From positions 1 through 54,889 of IMG/VR virus record IMGVR_UViG_3300009100_000013: DNA of 54,889 nucleotides. One strand, given 5' to 3'. The position numbers and the translations under genes were made by a program. Every line of letters starts with the position of its first letter. The first letter of the stretch is position 1. The notes below the pieces were generated by a model. It searched no databases, had not been told where the DNA came from, and was given only the letters and a program-made list of their open reading frames with translations. Origin of the DNA: a virus. Its lineage: Duplodnaviria > Caudoviricetes. This document shows, piece by piece, positions 44,531 through 53,171 of this stretch.

Positions 44531-47368
44531 TTACGCTGATTGAGTGACCTTGGAAATATCAAGTGTTATGGCGACAAAGTAGAGCGCGCCGGTTATATAC
44601 GCATTTACTCCAACGGACATGATCGGCCCAGAAACCGTTACGACAGCGCTGTCATAACCAGCTGGTGCGCCATCACTTGGGGAAATGAGTTTATTTTGCA
44701 AATATTGACTCATTTTCGCTTGCAAAAATGATAAACCCACTGTTGCAGAAACGTCAGCTACGGCTTGGCCTACTACGAAATTATCAAACGAAAAGGCCAA
44801 ATCCAAAGCCATGAAGTCAGCACTGTACATAACCTGCAAACTATTAAAGACGAAATTATCATCTTTACCATAAGTTGTTTGGTCACTAACGAATCTGAAA
44901 CCACCACCATTTGGAGCTTCAATTACTAGTAAACCAGCAACTAGAGCTTGTTCCAATTGACCATAATTACCAGGATTAAATCCGCTTGGATTAACAATTC
45001 CAGTAATGTTGGCATATTTTCTGGTAATGCTACGATACAAACCAACCGCTTGCATTGAAGCTGCCTCTACCGCAAGCATCCATGGTTGATATGTTTCAAT
45101 AACACCGCTGGCACTAACGTTTTTGACATCCTGGAATGTCAAAGCATACCGTGCTGATGCTAATTGAGCAGCAGCTTCTTTAGCTTCAGCAAATGTGCCC
45201 TTAAATGAACCAACCCCAAGACGATTCTTCCGGCGTTTAACTTGACCAGAAAGCGAAACACAGTGACTCTTTAGATAAGCATTGATCCCATCAATTGTAT
45301 AGGTTGAACTTGCGTCAGTTAAACCATCAGCAATATCATCGGTAGCATCTTGGCTAAAGAGAGGTACAATGAAATTGACATCAATATCTTCCATTGCATC
45401 TACAGCGGCAGCGACAGCAGCAGCCGTACTACCGCCCTTAACACCACCAACTAAAAGAGTGGCTTGAGCAGTTGATTCTGGTAAACCAGCCAAGGCAACA
45501 TCGGTAAAGCTCATAACGGCTGAGCCAGCAACGGCTTGTTCAAAATCATATGCATCGCGCTTAATGCGGCAAGGATATGATTCGGCAGATACTGAGGAAG
45601 CAGCTGTAAATAAACCCTGGTCCAAAACATCTGGACTTAGAACACCAGCAGCAGCCGAAGGCACAGTAGCTTTATAACCAGTTTGCTGATTAATATAACT
45701 TACCAAATCATTAATAGTTGGGTAATTGGCTAAAGTGATACTAAGGTTACTGCCCGAACCACCGGTAACTACTGTGGATAGAAGGGTGCTTGAAACAGTT
45801 ACTGAACATGTGGTGCCAAGATACCCTAATTTTAAGGCAACATTACCACCAATATCAGAGAAACTTTCTTGGGTATTATCGCTGGAACGATTAATACTCA
45901 GAGTACATTCGTAATCCGTGCCAGTTAATACGTAAGGTGTGGCTGATGTAGAAATGAATGTGGCTGAGGTTGTAGTAGCAAGATTATAGAATGCTCTAGC
46001 AATACCTAAAGCAGCCACACCATCAGAAACTTCGAGCAACGATTGCTGGCCGTCAATAAACGGTCTAATGACAATTAAATTGCTATTTGGAGTTGCACCT
46101 ACAGCACCTGAAGCTACGGTCACAGGTGAACCATTGGTTAATCGAGCCACGGTTAAAGCAGAATCGGTTACCGCGCTAATTGAATAGAAACCAACATTGG
46201 CATCGCCTGTACCGGCTAAAGTGGAGCCAGAAGGAATGTACAATGAATCGCCTACGCGGGGGCGTGTGACTGAAGTTGTAGCTGGAAATGTACCCGCAGA
46301 TAGCGTTAAAACAGCCGAAGAACCACTAGCTGTAAGAGCTATGGTGCTCGTGGTTAAGCTGACAAAACTTCCGCGATTAACACCAGATTTATCCGTAAAC
46401 TTAACTGGCTGATAAACAACCAAATCATTTGCTGGAGTGGCCGAAAACGTAGTTGAAACATTTACAGGAGCATTTACACCCGTAGTGGCACTAGCATTAT
46501 TTAATTTTACAGCGCTAAATTGAGCTAAAGTAGTTGTATTGGTGGCGCTTGTAATAACCCAGTATCCAGCATTAGCTGTTGAGCTACCAACGAAAACGGA
46601 AGCTAGGGGCAATTCAAGGACATCGCCGGCAACGGGGGTTGCACTAAATGTACCTGAGGCTAATGTAAAGGTAGCCGCATTACCAGAAGCTGTAACGGCA
46701 CTTAGGGTTACGCCGGCATTTGTGGAGAATGAAACTCTGTCCGAACCACCGGTAACCAAAAAGCTACTGGTTTGTAAACTTGAGGTTTTTGAAGCTAAAG
46801 CCGCAGGGGATGTACCAGCAGTAATGGTATAAGAAACAGCGCTTCCGCCATGTTGGCGATAAATTAATTGATAAGTTACGCCTGCTGGAACATATGAAAA
46901 GTTACCAGTTGTTGGTTCAACGGCGCTTGTGGCTGTATCGATATCCCAGGAAAGCAGATTACCATCTAAGCCTTGAAAAGCAGCAGATAAGGTACCGAAT
47001 GAACTATAGCCTAAGGCTGGAATTGAAGAAGTTGCACTTGTAGAACCATTTGTTTTATAAAGATAAATTCTGGTCGGGGCGCCTACAATATTCCCATCAT
47101 TTGAAGCTGTTACGGCAGCTCGGAAAGCATCAACTAGTCTACCGCTGCCATATTTGGCAATTACATCAGCTAACTGATCTGGAGTGAAAAAGTTGTCTGA
47201 AAACACTTCGCTTGCAGCGCTCGTCGCTGGACCAGCATCAGCTTCGCCAATCAATGCTATAATTCCACTTGCCGAAAGGCCAGCAACCGGAGTACGAACA
47301 TTGATTGTCGTGAAAGCTGATGGAACAATTACGGTGCCCACCTTGCTATCTGTAAATTTAATCGCCAT
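44531..47368 (-). CDS. contractile tail sheath protein (945 aa, with insertions)
   Basis: N-terminal IIALIGEADAGP...YGSGRLVDA. C-terminal SITRK, GLLVIE, FRFVSDQTTY...FNSLQVMYSADF. Confidence 0.9.
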   Translation of the reverse strand: MAIKFTDSKVGTVIVPSAFTTINVRTPVAGLSASGIIALIGEADAGPATSAASEVFSDNFFTPDQLADVIAKYGSGRLVDAFRAAVTASNDGNIVGAPTRIYLYKTNGSTSATSSIPALGYSSFGTLSAAFQGLDGNLLSWDIDTATSAVEPTTGNFSYVPAGVTYQLIYRQHGGSAVSYTITAGTSPAALASKTSSLQTSSFLVTGGSDRVSFSTNAGVTLSAVTASGNAATFTLASGTFSATPVAGDVLELPLASVFVGSSTANAGYWVITSATNTTTLAQFSAVKLNNASATTGVNAPVNVSTTFSATPANDLVVYQPVKFTDKSGVNRGSFVSLTTSTIALTASGSSAVLTLSAGTFPATTSVTRPRVGDSLYIPSGSTLAGTGDANVGFYSISAVTDSALTVARLTNGSPVTVASGAVGATPNSNLIVIRPFIDGQQSLLEVSDGVAALGIARAFYNLATTTSATFISTSATPYVLTGTDYECTLSINRSSDNTQESFSDIGGNVALKLGYLGTTCSVTVSSTLLSTVVTGGSGSNLSITLANYPTINDLVSYINQQTGYKATVPSAAAGVLSPDVLDQGLFTAASSVSAESYPCRIKRDAYDFEQAVAGSAVMSFTDVALAGLPESTAQATLLVGGVKGGSTAAAVAAAVDAMEDIDVNFIVPLFSQDATDDIADGLTDASSTYTIDGINAYLKSHCVSLSGQVKRRKNRLGVGSFKGTFAEAKEAAAQLASARYALTFQDVKNVSASGVIETYQPWMLAVEAASMQAVGLYRSITRKYANITGIVNPSGFNPGNYGQLEQALVAGLLVIEAPNGGGFRFVSDQTTYGKDDNFVFNSLQVMYSADFMALDLAFSFDNFVVGQAVADVSATVGLSFLQAKMSQYLQNKLISPSDGAPAGYDSAVVTVSGPIMSVGVNAYITGALYFVAITLDISKVTQSA

Positions 47369-47395
47369 TATATTTCTCCAGAGTCACTCTGCTGT

Positions 47396-47403
47396 AGTTT
47401 AAG
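47396..47403 (-). promoter_or_regulatory. candidate late promoter CTTAAACT (sheath-tube unit)
   Basis: Intergenic, upstream of the sheath SD GGAG. Confidence 0.6.
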
Positions 47404-47416
47404 TTTAATAATTCTT

Positions 47417-47662
47417 TTACTTAATTCCAAAATGCTCACACCCGGCTTCCCACATGGTCTGATCATTCAACCAACCTAGCCTGTCTATATGATCTTTAAC
47501 CATTTCTCGCCATTTTAGATTTGTACCATGTTTTCGGCAATATTCGTGCCAGAAACTGTCAAACGAGGTCCATGGTCTAAATGGATCTTCATTCGTTTGA
47601 TCGGTGTTTGAACCAGATGTGTTAATCACCTTTCCGTACGTTTTAGCACCCATTTGGCTCAC
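47417..47662 (-). CDS. hypothetical protein
   Basis: 81 aa with SFDSFW...HFG, immediately upstream of the sheath. Confidence 0.6.
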   Translation of the reverse strand: MSQMGAKTYGKVINTSGSNTDQTNEDPFRPWTSFDSFWHEYCRKHGTNLKWREMVKDHIDRLGWLNDQTMWEAGCEHFGIK

Positions 47663-48167
47663 TCATCTTTTTCATGTTTTTCTTGGCCATTAGAAATGGG
47701 CTCAAACCTTTCTTTTTAGCTTTTTCTTGAGTATGCTTGGGATAATTCTTTTCATCCATTAAATTGCGGGCAGCATCACTGGTATTTTTTGAACCATGAG
47801 CAATTTTTTCTACAGTTTTACCGGCCGATTCTTCGGCAGTTTTTTCTTCTTTATAATCTTTTACAATTTTCTTAGTAGCTTCATTGCTACCAGGAATCTG
47901 TGGCTCTGGCTTTCTGGCCGCTAAATTAGAAGCAGCTTTGGCCTTTAATGCGCCCATGGCAGCTGGGGTATTTACTTTTTTAGTAACTTCACCACCCAAT
48001 TCTTTTTTTAATGGCTCTTTGGCTGGCAATTTACCAACAGAATCTTTCATGGTAGAAACCGCAGACTTCATGTCCGAAACAGCTTCTTTAACCTCTTTTT
48101 TTTCGAGGTCTTCTTTAATTTGTTTTAAACCTTTAACAAGTTGTTCTAAAACTTCTTTTTTATCCAT
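47643..48167 (-). CDS. Lys/Glu/Ala-rich low-complexity protein (possible internal head protein)
   Basis: Highly charged, with several LxK motifs. Confidence 0.5.
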   Translation of the reverse strand: MDKKEVLEQLVKGLKQIKEDLEKKEVKEAVSDMKSAVSTMKDSVGKLPAKEPLKKELGGEVTKKVNTPAAMGALKAKAASNLAARKPEPQIPGSNEATKKIVKDYKEEKTAEESAGKTVEKIAHGSKNTSDAARNLMDEKNYPKHTQEKAKKKGLSPFLMAKKNMKKMSEPNGC

Positions 48168-48184
48168 AAATTACCTTATTTACT

Positions 48185-48192
48185 AGGTTATG
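48185..48192 (-). promoter_or_regulatory. candidate late promoter CATAACCT
   Basis: Overlaps the upstream stop. Same AACATAACCT 10-mer as 49130-49139. Confidence 0.5.
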
Positions 48193-49123
48193 TTTCAATT
48201 GTTGCATAAATAGTGTCATCATCGCTTTTTACTAAATTAATTTCTTGAGAAACGCCTTCAACATATTCAGATAGTTGATCCACCCAACGGACCTCGGAAT
48301 ACCCGGTCATCGTAATTGTTTTAAAAAAGAAATTTTCGGGACTTTGGCTTTCGTCTAATTGAATTTCTCCACTAGATACATTGCCCAAACCTATATTAAA
48401 TTTTTCCAGTAGGTATTGACGTCTTTGTAAAAGAATGTATAATACTATAGAATGTAGCCAATAAAGCTCTCCGGGAGAGCCAGAAACACAACAATTTATT
48501 TCATATGTTTCGTCAAAATTAGCTATATGTCTCATGACCTTAAGGACAGAATAGGCGGGAACAACGTAAGAATCAGTAAAGTTATCTCTGATATCCGTAG
48601 CTATTTTAAAAGTGGTGTCTGAGACAATTTGTGTTATTGGATAGGTGGTATTTGAAGATGGGCTGTATAAGCCTTGATTTACGAAAATTAACTCTGTATC
48701 AAAACCATCGGGTAAGGTGACTATACCGGTTTCTAAATCGTAGCTTGGAGAAAACGGTCCAACGGAAATGTCCGGGGTAGACACTAAGTCTTGTTTTTCT
48801 ACAGTTTCATTTTCCGGGAATACAGAAGGATCTATCTCACCGAGAGCCGCTTTACCGGTAGATTCTGTGGAGTTTTTGACATTTACAGTGAGGCACGGAT
48901 AAATTGGGTGGTCCATCCTGTAAACGCTCAACGCCGGAATTTCCGTTTTTAAAAACCATTTCTTGGCTCTGGCTATTTCTTCTTTTCCAAATTCCGTGGC
49001 CAAATTAGAGGCTTCTACAGAAGCAAAAATAAAATCCAAATGGTAAGGATTTTGACGAAGATATTTAATACCTTCAGTAATCGCTTTAATTAAAATTAAA
49101 TCTGATTGGGATATTCCATTCAC
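48188..49123 (-). CDS. putative tail completion/terminator protein
   Basis: Upstream of the sheath: YPCLTV...E, ETYEINC...LYWLHSIVLYILL. Confidence 0.55.
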   Translation of the reverse strand: MNGISQSDLILIKAITEGIKYLRQNPYHLDFIFASVEASNLATEFGKEEIARAKKWFLKTEIPALSVYRMDHPIYPCLTVNVKNSTESTGKAALGEIDPSVFPENETVEKQDLVSTPDISVGPFSPSYDLETGIVTLPDGFDTELIFVNQGLYSPSSNTTYPITQIVSDTTFKIATDIRDNFTDSYVVPAYSVLKVMRHIANFDETYEINCCVSGSPGELYWLHSIVLYILLQRRQYLLEKFNIGLGNVSSGEIQLDESQSPENFFFKTITMTGYSEVRWVDQLSEYVEGVSQEINLVKSDDDTIYATIET

Positions 49124-49129
49124 ACAGCA

Positions 49130-49137
49130 AGGTTATG
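49130..49137 (-). promoter_or_regulatory. candidate late promoter CATAACCT, leaderless
   Basis: Exactly 6 nt before the GTG at 49123, back-to-back with the R-M promoter. Confidence 0.6.
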
Positions 49138-49143
49138 TTCACC

Positions 49144-49172
49144 TTGACAAATACACACGAGGATTGTAGTAT
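49144..49172 (+). promoter_or_regulatory. sigma70-type promoter for the R-M operon
   Basis: TTGACA (49144-49149), 17-nt spacer, TAGTAT (49167-49172). The ATG at 49182 follows with no SD. Confidence 0.7.
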
Positions 49173-49181
49173 AAACAGCGA

Positions 49182-50333
49182 ATGATTAACGATTATGATA
49201 GTTATATAAAGCAATGGACCGAATCCGGTACCATTTATTTACCAAATAGCGAGGAAAAATTTTTATCCGAGCAACTAATTACTTATATAGGAAACAAAAG
49301 AAAATTATTGCCATTTATAGATGCATCTTTGTCAAAGATTTTTAAAAAATTAAATAAAAAAATGAACATTTTCGACGGTTTTAGCGGATCTGGGGTATGT
49401 TCTAGGTTGTTTAAAAAATATTCCAAAACGCTTTTTGTAAATGATTTGGAACTTTATTCAAACATTATAAATAAATGTTATCTTACAAATTTATCTCAAA
49501 TAAATTTAAATGATATCTGTGCAAATATAGATTATCTTAATTCAATAGCTGCCAAACCAATAAACAATGGAATAATTAAAGAATTATATAGTCCGCTAGA
49601 TGATTTTAACATTAAAAAATCAGATAGGGTATTTTATACAAATGAAAATGCCAAAATAATTGATACTATAAGACAAGAAATAATAAGATCTTTTATAAAT
49701 CAAGATTATTTATATATAGCTCCTTTATTAATAGCCTCTAGCATAAATGTAAACACCTCTGGAGTTTTTAAGGGTTTTTATAAAAATTCTAAAACAGGGA
49801 TTGGTCAATTTGGCGGAAATGCTAAAAATTGTCTAAAAAGAATTACTGGAAAAATTAAATTAGAATATCCTATCTTTTCTAATTATGAATGTGATATTAA
49901 AATATATCAACAAAATACTAACGTATTGATAAAATCTTTAAAAGATTTAGATGTTGCTTATTATGATCCTCCTTACAATCAACATCCATATGGGTCTAAT
50001 TATTTTATGCTCAATGTAATAGCCGATTATAAAAAACCAGAAAATATATCAAATATAAGCGGAATTCCAAATAATTGGAATAAATCTCTTTATAATAAAA
50101 AGAACGAGGTTGAGCAATGTATAGATGATTTGGTAAAAAATACAGATTCTAAATTTATAATAATGTCATATAATAATGAAGGTTTTGTGACAAAAGAGAA
50201 TTTTTTAAAAATACTATCAAAATATGGAAGGGTTACAATAGAAGAACAAACTTATTCAGCTTTCAAGGGATCTAGAAATTTTAAAAATAGAAGCAATAAT
50301 GTAAAAGAATTTTTATTTGTATTGGAAAAATAA
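49182..50333 (+). CDS. DNA adenine methyltransferase (D12 / alpha class)
   Basis: TYIGNKRKLL, FDGFSGSGVCS (SAM binding), NDLE, YYDPPYNQHPYGSNY (catalytic DPPY), SYNNEG. Confidence 0.92.
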   Translation: MINDYDSYIKQWTESGTIYLPNSEEKFLSEQLITYIGNKRKLLPFIDASLSKIFKKLNKKMNIFDGFSGSGVCSRLFKKYSKTLFVNDLELYSNIINKCYLTNLSQINLNDICANIDYLNSIAAKPINNGIIKELYSPLDDFNIKKSDRVFYTNENAKIIDTIRQEIIRSFINQDYLYIAPLLIASSINVNTSGVFKGFYKNSKTGIGQFGGNAKNCLKRITGKIKLEYPIFSNYECDIKIYQQNTNVLIKSLKDLDVAYYDPPYNQHPYGSNYFMLNVIADYKKPENISNISGIPNNWNKSLYNKKNEVEQCIDDLVKNTDSKFIIMSYNNEGFVTKENFLKILSKYGRVTIEEQTYSAFKGSRNFKNRSNNVKEFLFVLEK

Positions 50334-50334
50334 T

Positions 50335-50973
50335 ATGCCACGAACATCACAATCAGAATTTTCACCTAATAAATCCAATCACTCTCACAATCTATTAGAG
50401 TTAGCAACAAAGGATTTATTACATTTTTTAAAAAATAAATACGGCTCTGAAAGAATTACTCACAGAAAATACTTATCAAAAAAAGAAATAAATGACGAAC
50501 TAAATAAAATGGACCCCAGCTTTGGAATTTCATTAGAAAATGAAAACTCATCAATTAAACCTGACGGAGGTTTGATATTTATAGATGACCATCTGATCTT
50601 GGTATCTGAAATGAAAAAACAAGGAGTCAATAAACAAAGGTTGCGCTCGGGCGAGAAAAAGCAATCCATGGGCAATGCAATAGAAAGAGCTTTTAAGAAT
50701 GCTCGTGAAATAGAGAATTACTGTATTAACAAAAAATATTTTCCATATGTAGTATTTGTACACGGTTGTGACTTTGAACCCCAAAGTTCAATGAGAGATC
50801 GAATATCTTCTGCAAATCTTAATTCTCCTATTAATAATACTTATGTTAAAGATATCGGTCATCACAAAAGAACATCTCTTTTCATCCAGGAAAAACCATA
50901 TACAAGAATGTTTTTATTTAATATATTAAAAAAGATAGCCGGGGAATCTATAGAAATTTTAAAAATTACTTAA
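50335..50973 (+). CDS. EcoRI-family type II restriction endonuclease
   Basis: SIKPDGG...SEMKKQG (PD...ExK) and MGNAIERAFKN match the EcoRI motifs SIKPDGG, EAKHQG and GNAIERSHKN. FPYVVF..GC.F and DRISSAN also match. Confidence 0.88.
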   Translation: MPRTSQSEFSPNKSNHSHNLLELATKDLLHFLKNKYGSERITHRKYLSKKEINDELNKMDPSFGISLENENSSIKPDGGLIFIDDHLILVSEMKKQGVNKQRLRSGEKKQSMGNAIERAFKNAREIENYCINKKYFPYVVFVHGCDFEPQSSMRDRISSANLNSPINNTYVKDIGHHKRTSLFIQEKPYTRMFLFNILKKIAGESIEILKIT

Positions 50974-50985
50974 ATTTATAATTAT

Positions 50986-51774
50986 TTATTTAATCGTTAA
51001 CTCTAAATTCTTCAACTGCTCGTCTAAAAACTTCGAGTATGAGGTCTCAATCCATTTATAAATTTCGGAAAATATATCAACGCCTTTTCTAGCCGGTATC
51101 TTCCATTCGGCTTTGCTGTTCTCACTCAAAGTGCGAAATGTAAAATATTGTCTGTCAATCGTTTTGTTGCCACGATTATTAGTCCGTTCTGTTTGATATA
51201 CAGTTAAATTATCCAAAATGCTTTTACCAGAAACACTACCTTTATACATAGAATTAACTTTTTTTATTAAAGCTGCTGCCCTAGGTTTTTCTGGAGTTGA
51301 AATTATAGGAGAACCTTTGCTATTGACAATAGGTTTGGTTAACGGCAATTTATTTTCCTTCATTGCTGTTTTAATTTCTCTTACTAAATTTTGTTGTTTA
51401 TCTTTCATTCCAGGAGTTTCTTTCCCGGGATGTTTAAAAGGTATTCTTACGTATTTTCTGCCTTTTAAATGAGTTTTTCTCATATCAATTGCAGGAGCGC
51501 CGTCTTCAATAAATAACGCAGGCTCTTCAAGTATAATCAAATAACTGTCAAAACCGCCAAGTTTATTGCGCTCAAAGTGTAAATTAGATAAATATAAATT
51601 TCGTTCCCTGTCACTTTTTAATTTTTGATTAGCAAGTGCAACGGCCTGGTCAAAACAAGCCATAGCCAATCTCTCGATACTTTGATTAATTGGTTTTTTT
51701 AATTCTTGTAATTGTTTAACCGTTTTAATTAAAGGTTCAAGATTTAATGTAACCTTGATATCATTTGAGGCCAC
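50986..51774 (-). CDS. putative neck/head-tail joining protein
   Basis: A..KL...R..YL..L, FIEDG...DMR, IPFKH, YFTFRTLSENS..W..P pattern. Lies in the neck gene block. Confidence 0.55.
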   Translation of the reverse strand: MASNDIKVTLNLEPLIKTVKQLQELKKPINQSIERLAMACFDQAVALANQKLKSDRERNLYLSNLHFERNKLGGFDSYLIILEEPALFIEDGAPAIDMRKTHLKGRKYVRIPFKHPGKETPGMKDKQQNLVREIKTAMKENKLPLTKPIVNSKGSPIISTPEKPRAAALIKKVNSMYKGSVSGKSILDNLTVYQTERTNNRGNKTIDRQYFTFRTLSENSKAEWKIPARKGVDIFSEIYKWIETSYSKFLDEQLKNLELTIK

Positions 51775-52401
51775 TTAGCCTCCTGTTGGTCGACCCGCGG
51801 AGCCACCAAAACCTTGGGTGGCATACTTCCAACCTTCAGAAGTCTTCACTCTGGGGCGCATTTTGCCACCTTGATTCACCCATTTTATTGTTCCAATTGG
51901 AACAGTACCCCTACCGTCACCTACCTTTTGTTCCTCGCCACCACCTGGCGCAACAGAGGCTTGTTGCGATTGAGCTACATCTTGTATTTGCTGGGAAACT
52001 TGCTGTGAAACTACATCTTGGTCGGTAGGTAAGTCCCCGTTAATTAACATAATTTGCGCAAGCGTGGTTAGCGTTTGCATGATTTGCAATATATTATTAT
52101 AAGCATCAGGACTTGTAAATTGCAACATCTGCAACTGAGACAAATTGCCCTTAAACTCTTCCAGCAATTCCGCTAATTCAGCAACAATACCTTCAAATAT
52201 TTGTGGGTCTATTTGAGTAATTTTATCTTCAATTTCGGAAATTAGCTTTTCGTTAATTATTTCCTTATACTGAGGTAAATCAATATTATTTACCGCACCA
52301 GCTTGATCATCAGGCATTTGCTGAACGCCATCTTGTACACCAGGCACATCGCCGTTGCTTTCGGCATTAGTTTCCTGGAATGGAGGTTGCTGAGCTTTCA
52401 T
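51775..52401 (-). CDS. Gln-rich acidic hypothetical protein (possible head-associated)
   Basis: Q/E/D-rich helical body, C-terminal VPIGTIKW...VKTSEGWKY. Confidence 0.5.
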   Translation of the reverse strand: MKAQQPPFQETNAESNGDVPGVQDGVQQMPDDQAGAVNNIDLPQYKEIINEKLISEIEDKITQIDPQIFEGIVAELAELLEEFKGNLSQLQMLQFTSPDAYNNILQIMQTLTTLAQIMLINGDLPTDQDVVSQQVSQQIQDVAQSQQASVAPGGGEEQKVGDGRGTVPIGTIKWVNQGGKMRPRVKTSEGWKYATQGFGGSAGRPTGG

Positions 52402-52402
52402 A

Positions 52403-53131
52403 TTATTTTAATTTATTTTTCAGAGCTTGGGAAAATAAAGCTATGTTTTGCTGGTCCCATTTCTTCCCAAAATGAAGTGTCAAGCCACCGGTTTCATTTT
52501 TAACGATATGTATGCTATTATTTCCAAAAAACTTATAACAAATACATAATTTAGGAGATTTATCGCCAATAATTATTGATTGCCCACAATCGGGGCATTC
52601 AGCTTGCGTTTCTGCCTTGTTTAGTAATAGTTTGTTAGATTTCTTTAAAAATTCAATATGTCTATCTACTAAAAGTTTAATGGTCTTATTTAACTCGGGT
52701 GAATTAATAAAATCACTATTATCCAATTCATCTTCATATTGGGGCAAATTCAACAGTTTAACAGCTACTTCTGGCAAAGAGGCATTTTCCAAAGTTTCAA
52801 TTATTTCATTCTTTTTGCCTAATCCGTGTAAACTATGTTCTCTTTTACGAATAATGGTCTTATTTGGTTCTACGAAAGAAATTGTAATATCTTGAAAGTT
52901 CTTAGAATCAATTGATTGGGTTAGTGGAACTTGAGTAAAAGGATAATTTTTAGAAACATTCTCCAGCCAAGCCAATAAGCAACGAGTTTTTAAATGGAGG
53001 CTTTTAGCCAGGTCACTTGCGCTGTAATGACTTTCTACGAAAACCTTTTCCAAGGCTTTTGCCAATAAATTAACACCGTCTTTGCCCACGAAAGCAACGA
53101 TATCGGTCTGTTTTAAATCAGGAAAAAACAA
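52403..53131 (-). CDS. hypothetical protein with C-terminal Zn-binding motif
   Basis: CPDCG...LCICY. TTG start with SD GGAG. Several LxK[A/S/T] motifs. Confidence 0.6.
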   Translation of the reverse strand: MFFPDLKQTDIVAFVGKDGVNLLAKALEKVFVESHYSASDLAKSLHLKTRCLLAWLENVSKNYPFTQVPLTQSIDSKNFQDITISFVEPNKTIIRKREHSLHGLGKKNEIIETLENASLPEVAVKLLNLPQYEDELDNSDFINSPELNKTIKLLVDRHIEFLKKSNKLLLNKAETQAECPDCGQSIIIGDKSPKLCICYKFFGNNSIHIVKNETGGLTLHFGKKWDQQNIALFSQALKNKLK

Positions 53132-53158
53132 GGGAAGTCTCCGTAATTAATTACATAA

Positions 53159-53166
53159 AGATTAGG
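53159..53166 (-). promoter_or_regulatory. candidate late promoter CCTAATCT
   Basis: Intergenic, upstream of SD GGAG. Confidence 0.55.
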
Positions 53167-53171
53167 TCTAA

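Noticed and set aside
7628-47368. Abundant N-x-S/T sequons as evidence of N-glycosylation
   Set aside because: A rough manual count in the sheath and the 283-aa protein looked no higher than expected from their Ser/Thr content. In the propellers NGS is a structural turn.
15722-47368. Interpretation as a bacterial extracellular contractile injection system or tailocin
   Set aside because: Neck-like genes, a homing endonuclease, small phage-type paralogs, a phage-style late promoter motif and the absence of host housekeeping genes favour a genuine phage.
8691-47402. Numerous 60-200 aa plus-strand ORFs opposite the structural genes (e.g. 8691-9293, 21004-21342, 34474-34947, 41002-41331)
   Set aside because: They lie antisense to long motif-bearing genes, lack their own motifs or RBS, and are expected shadows of codon bias.
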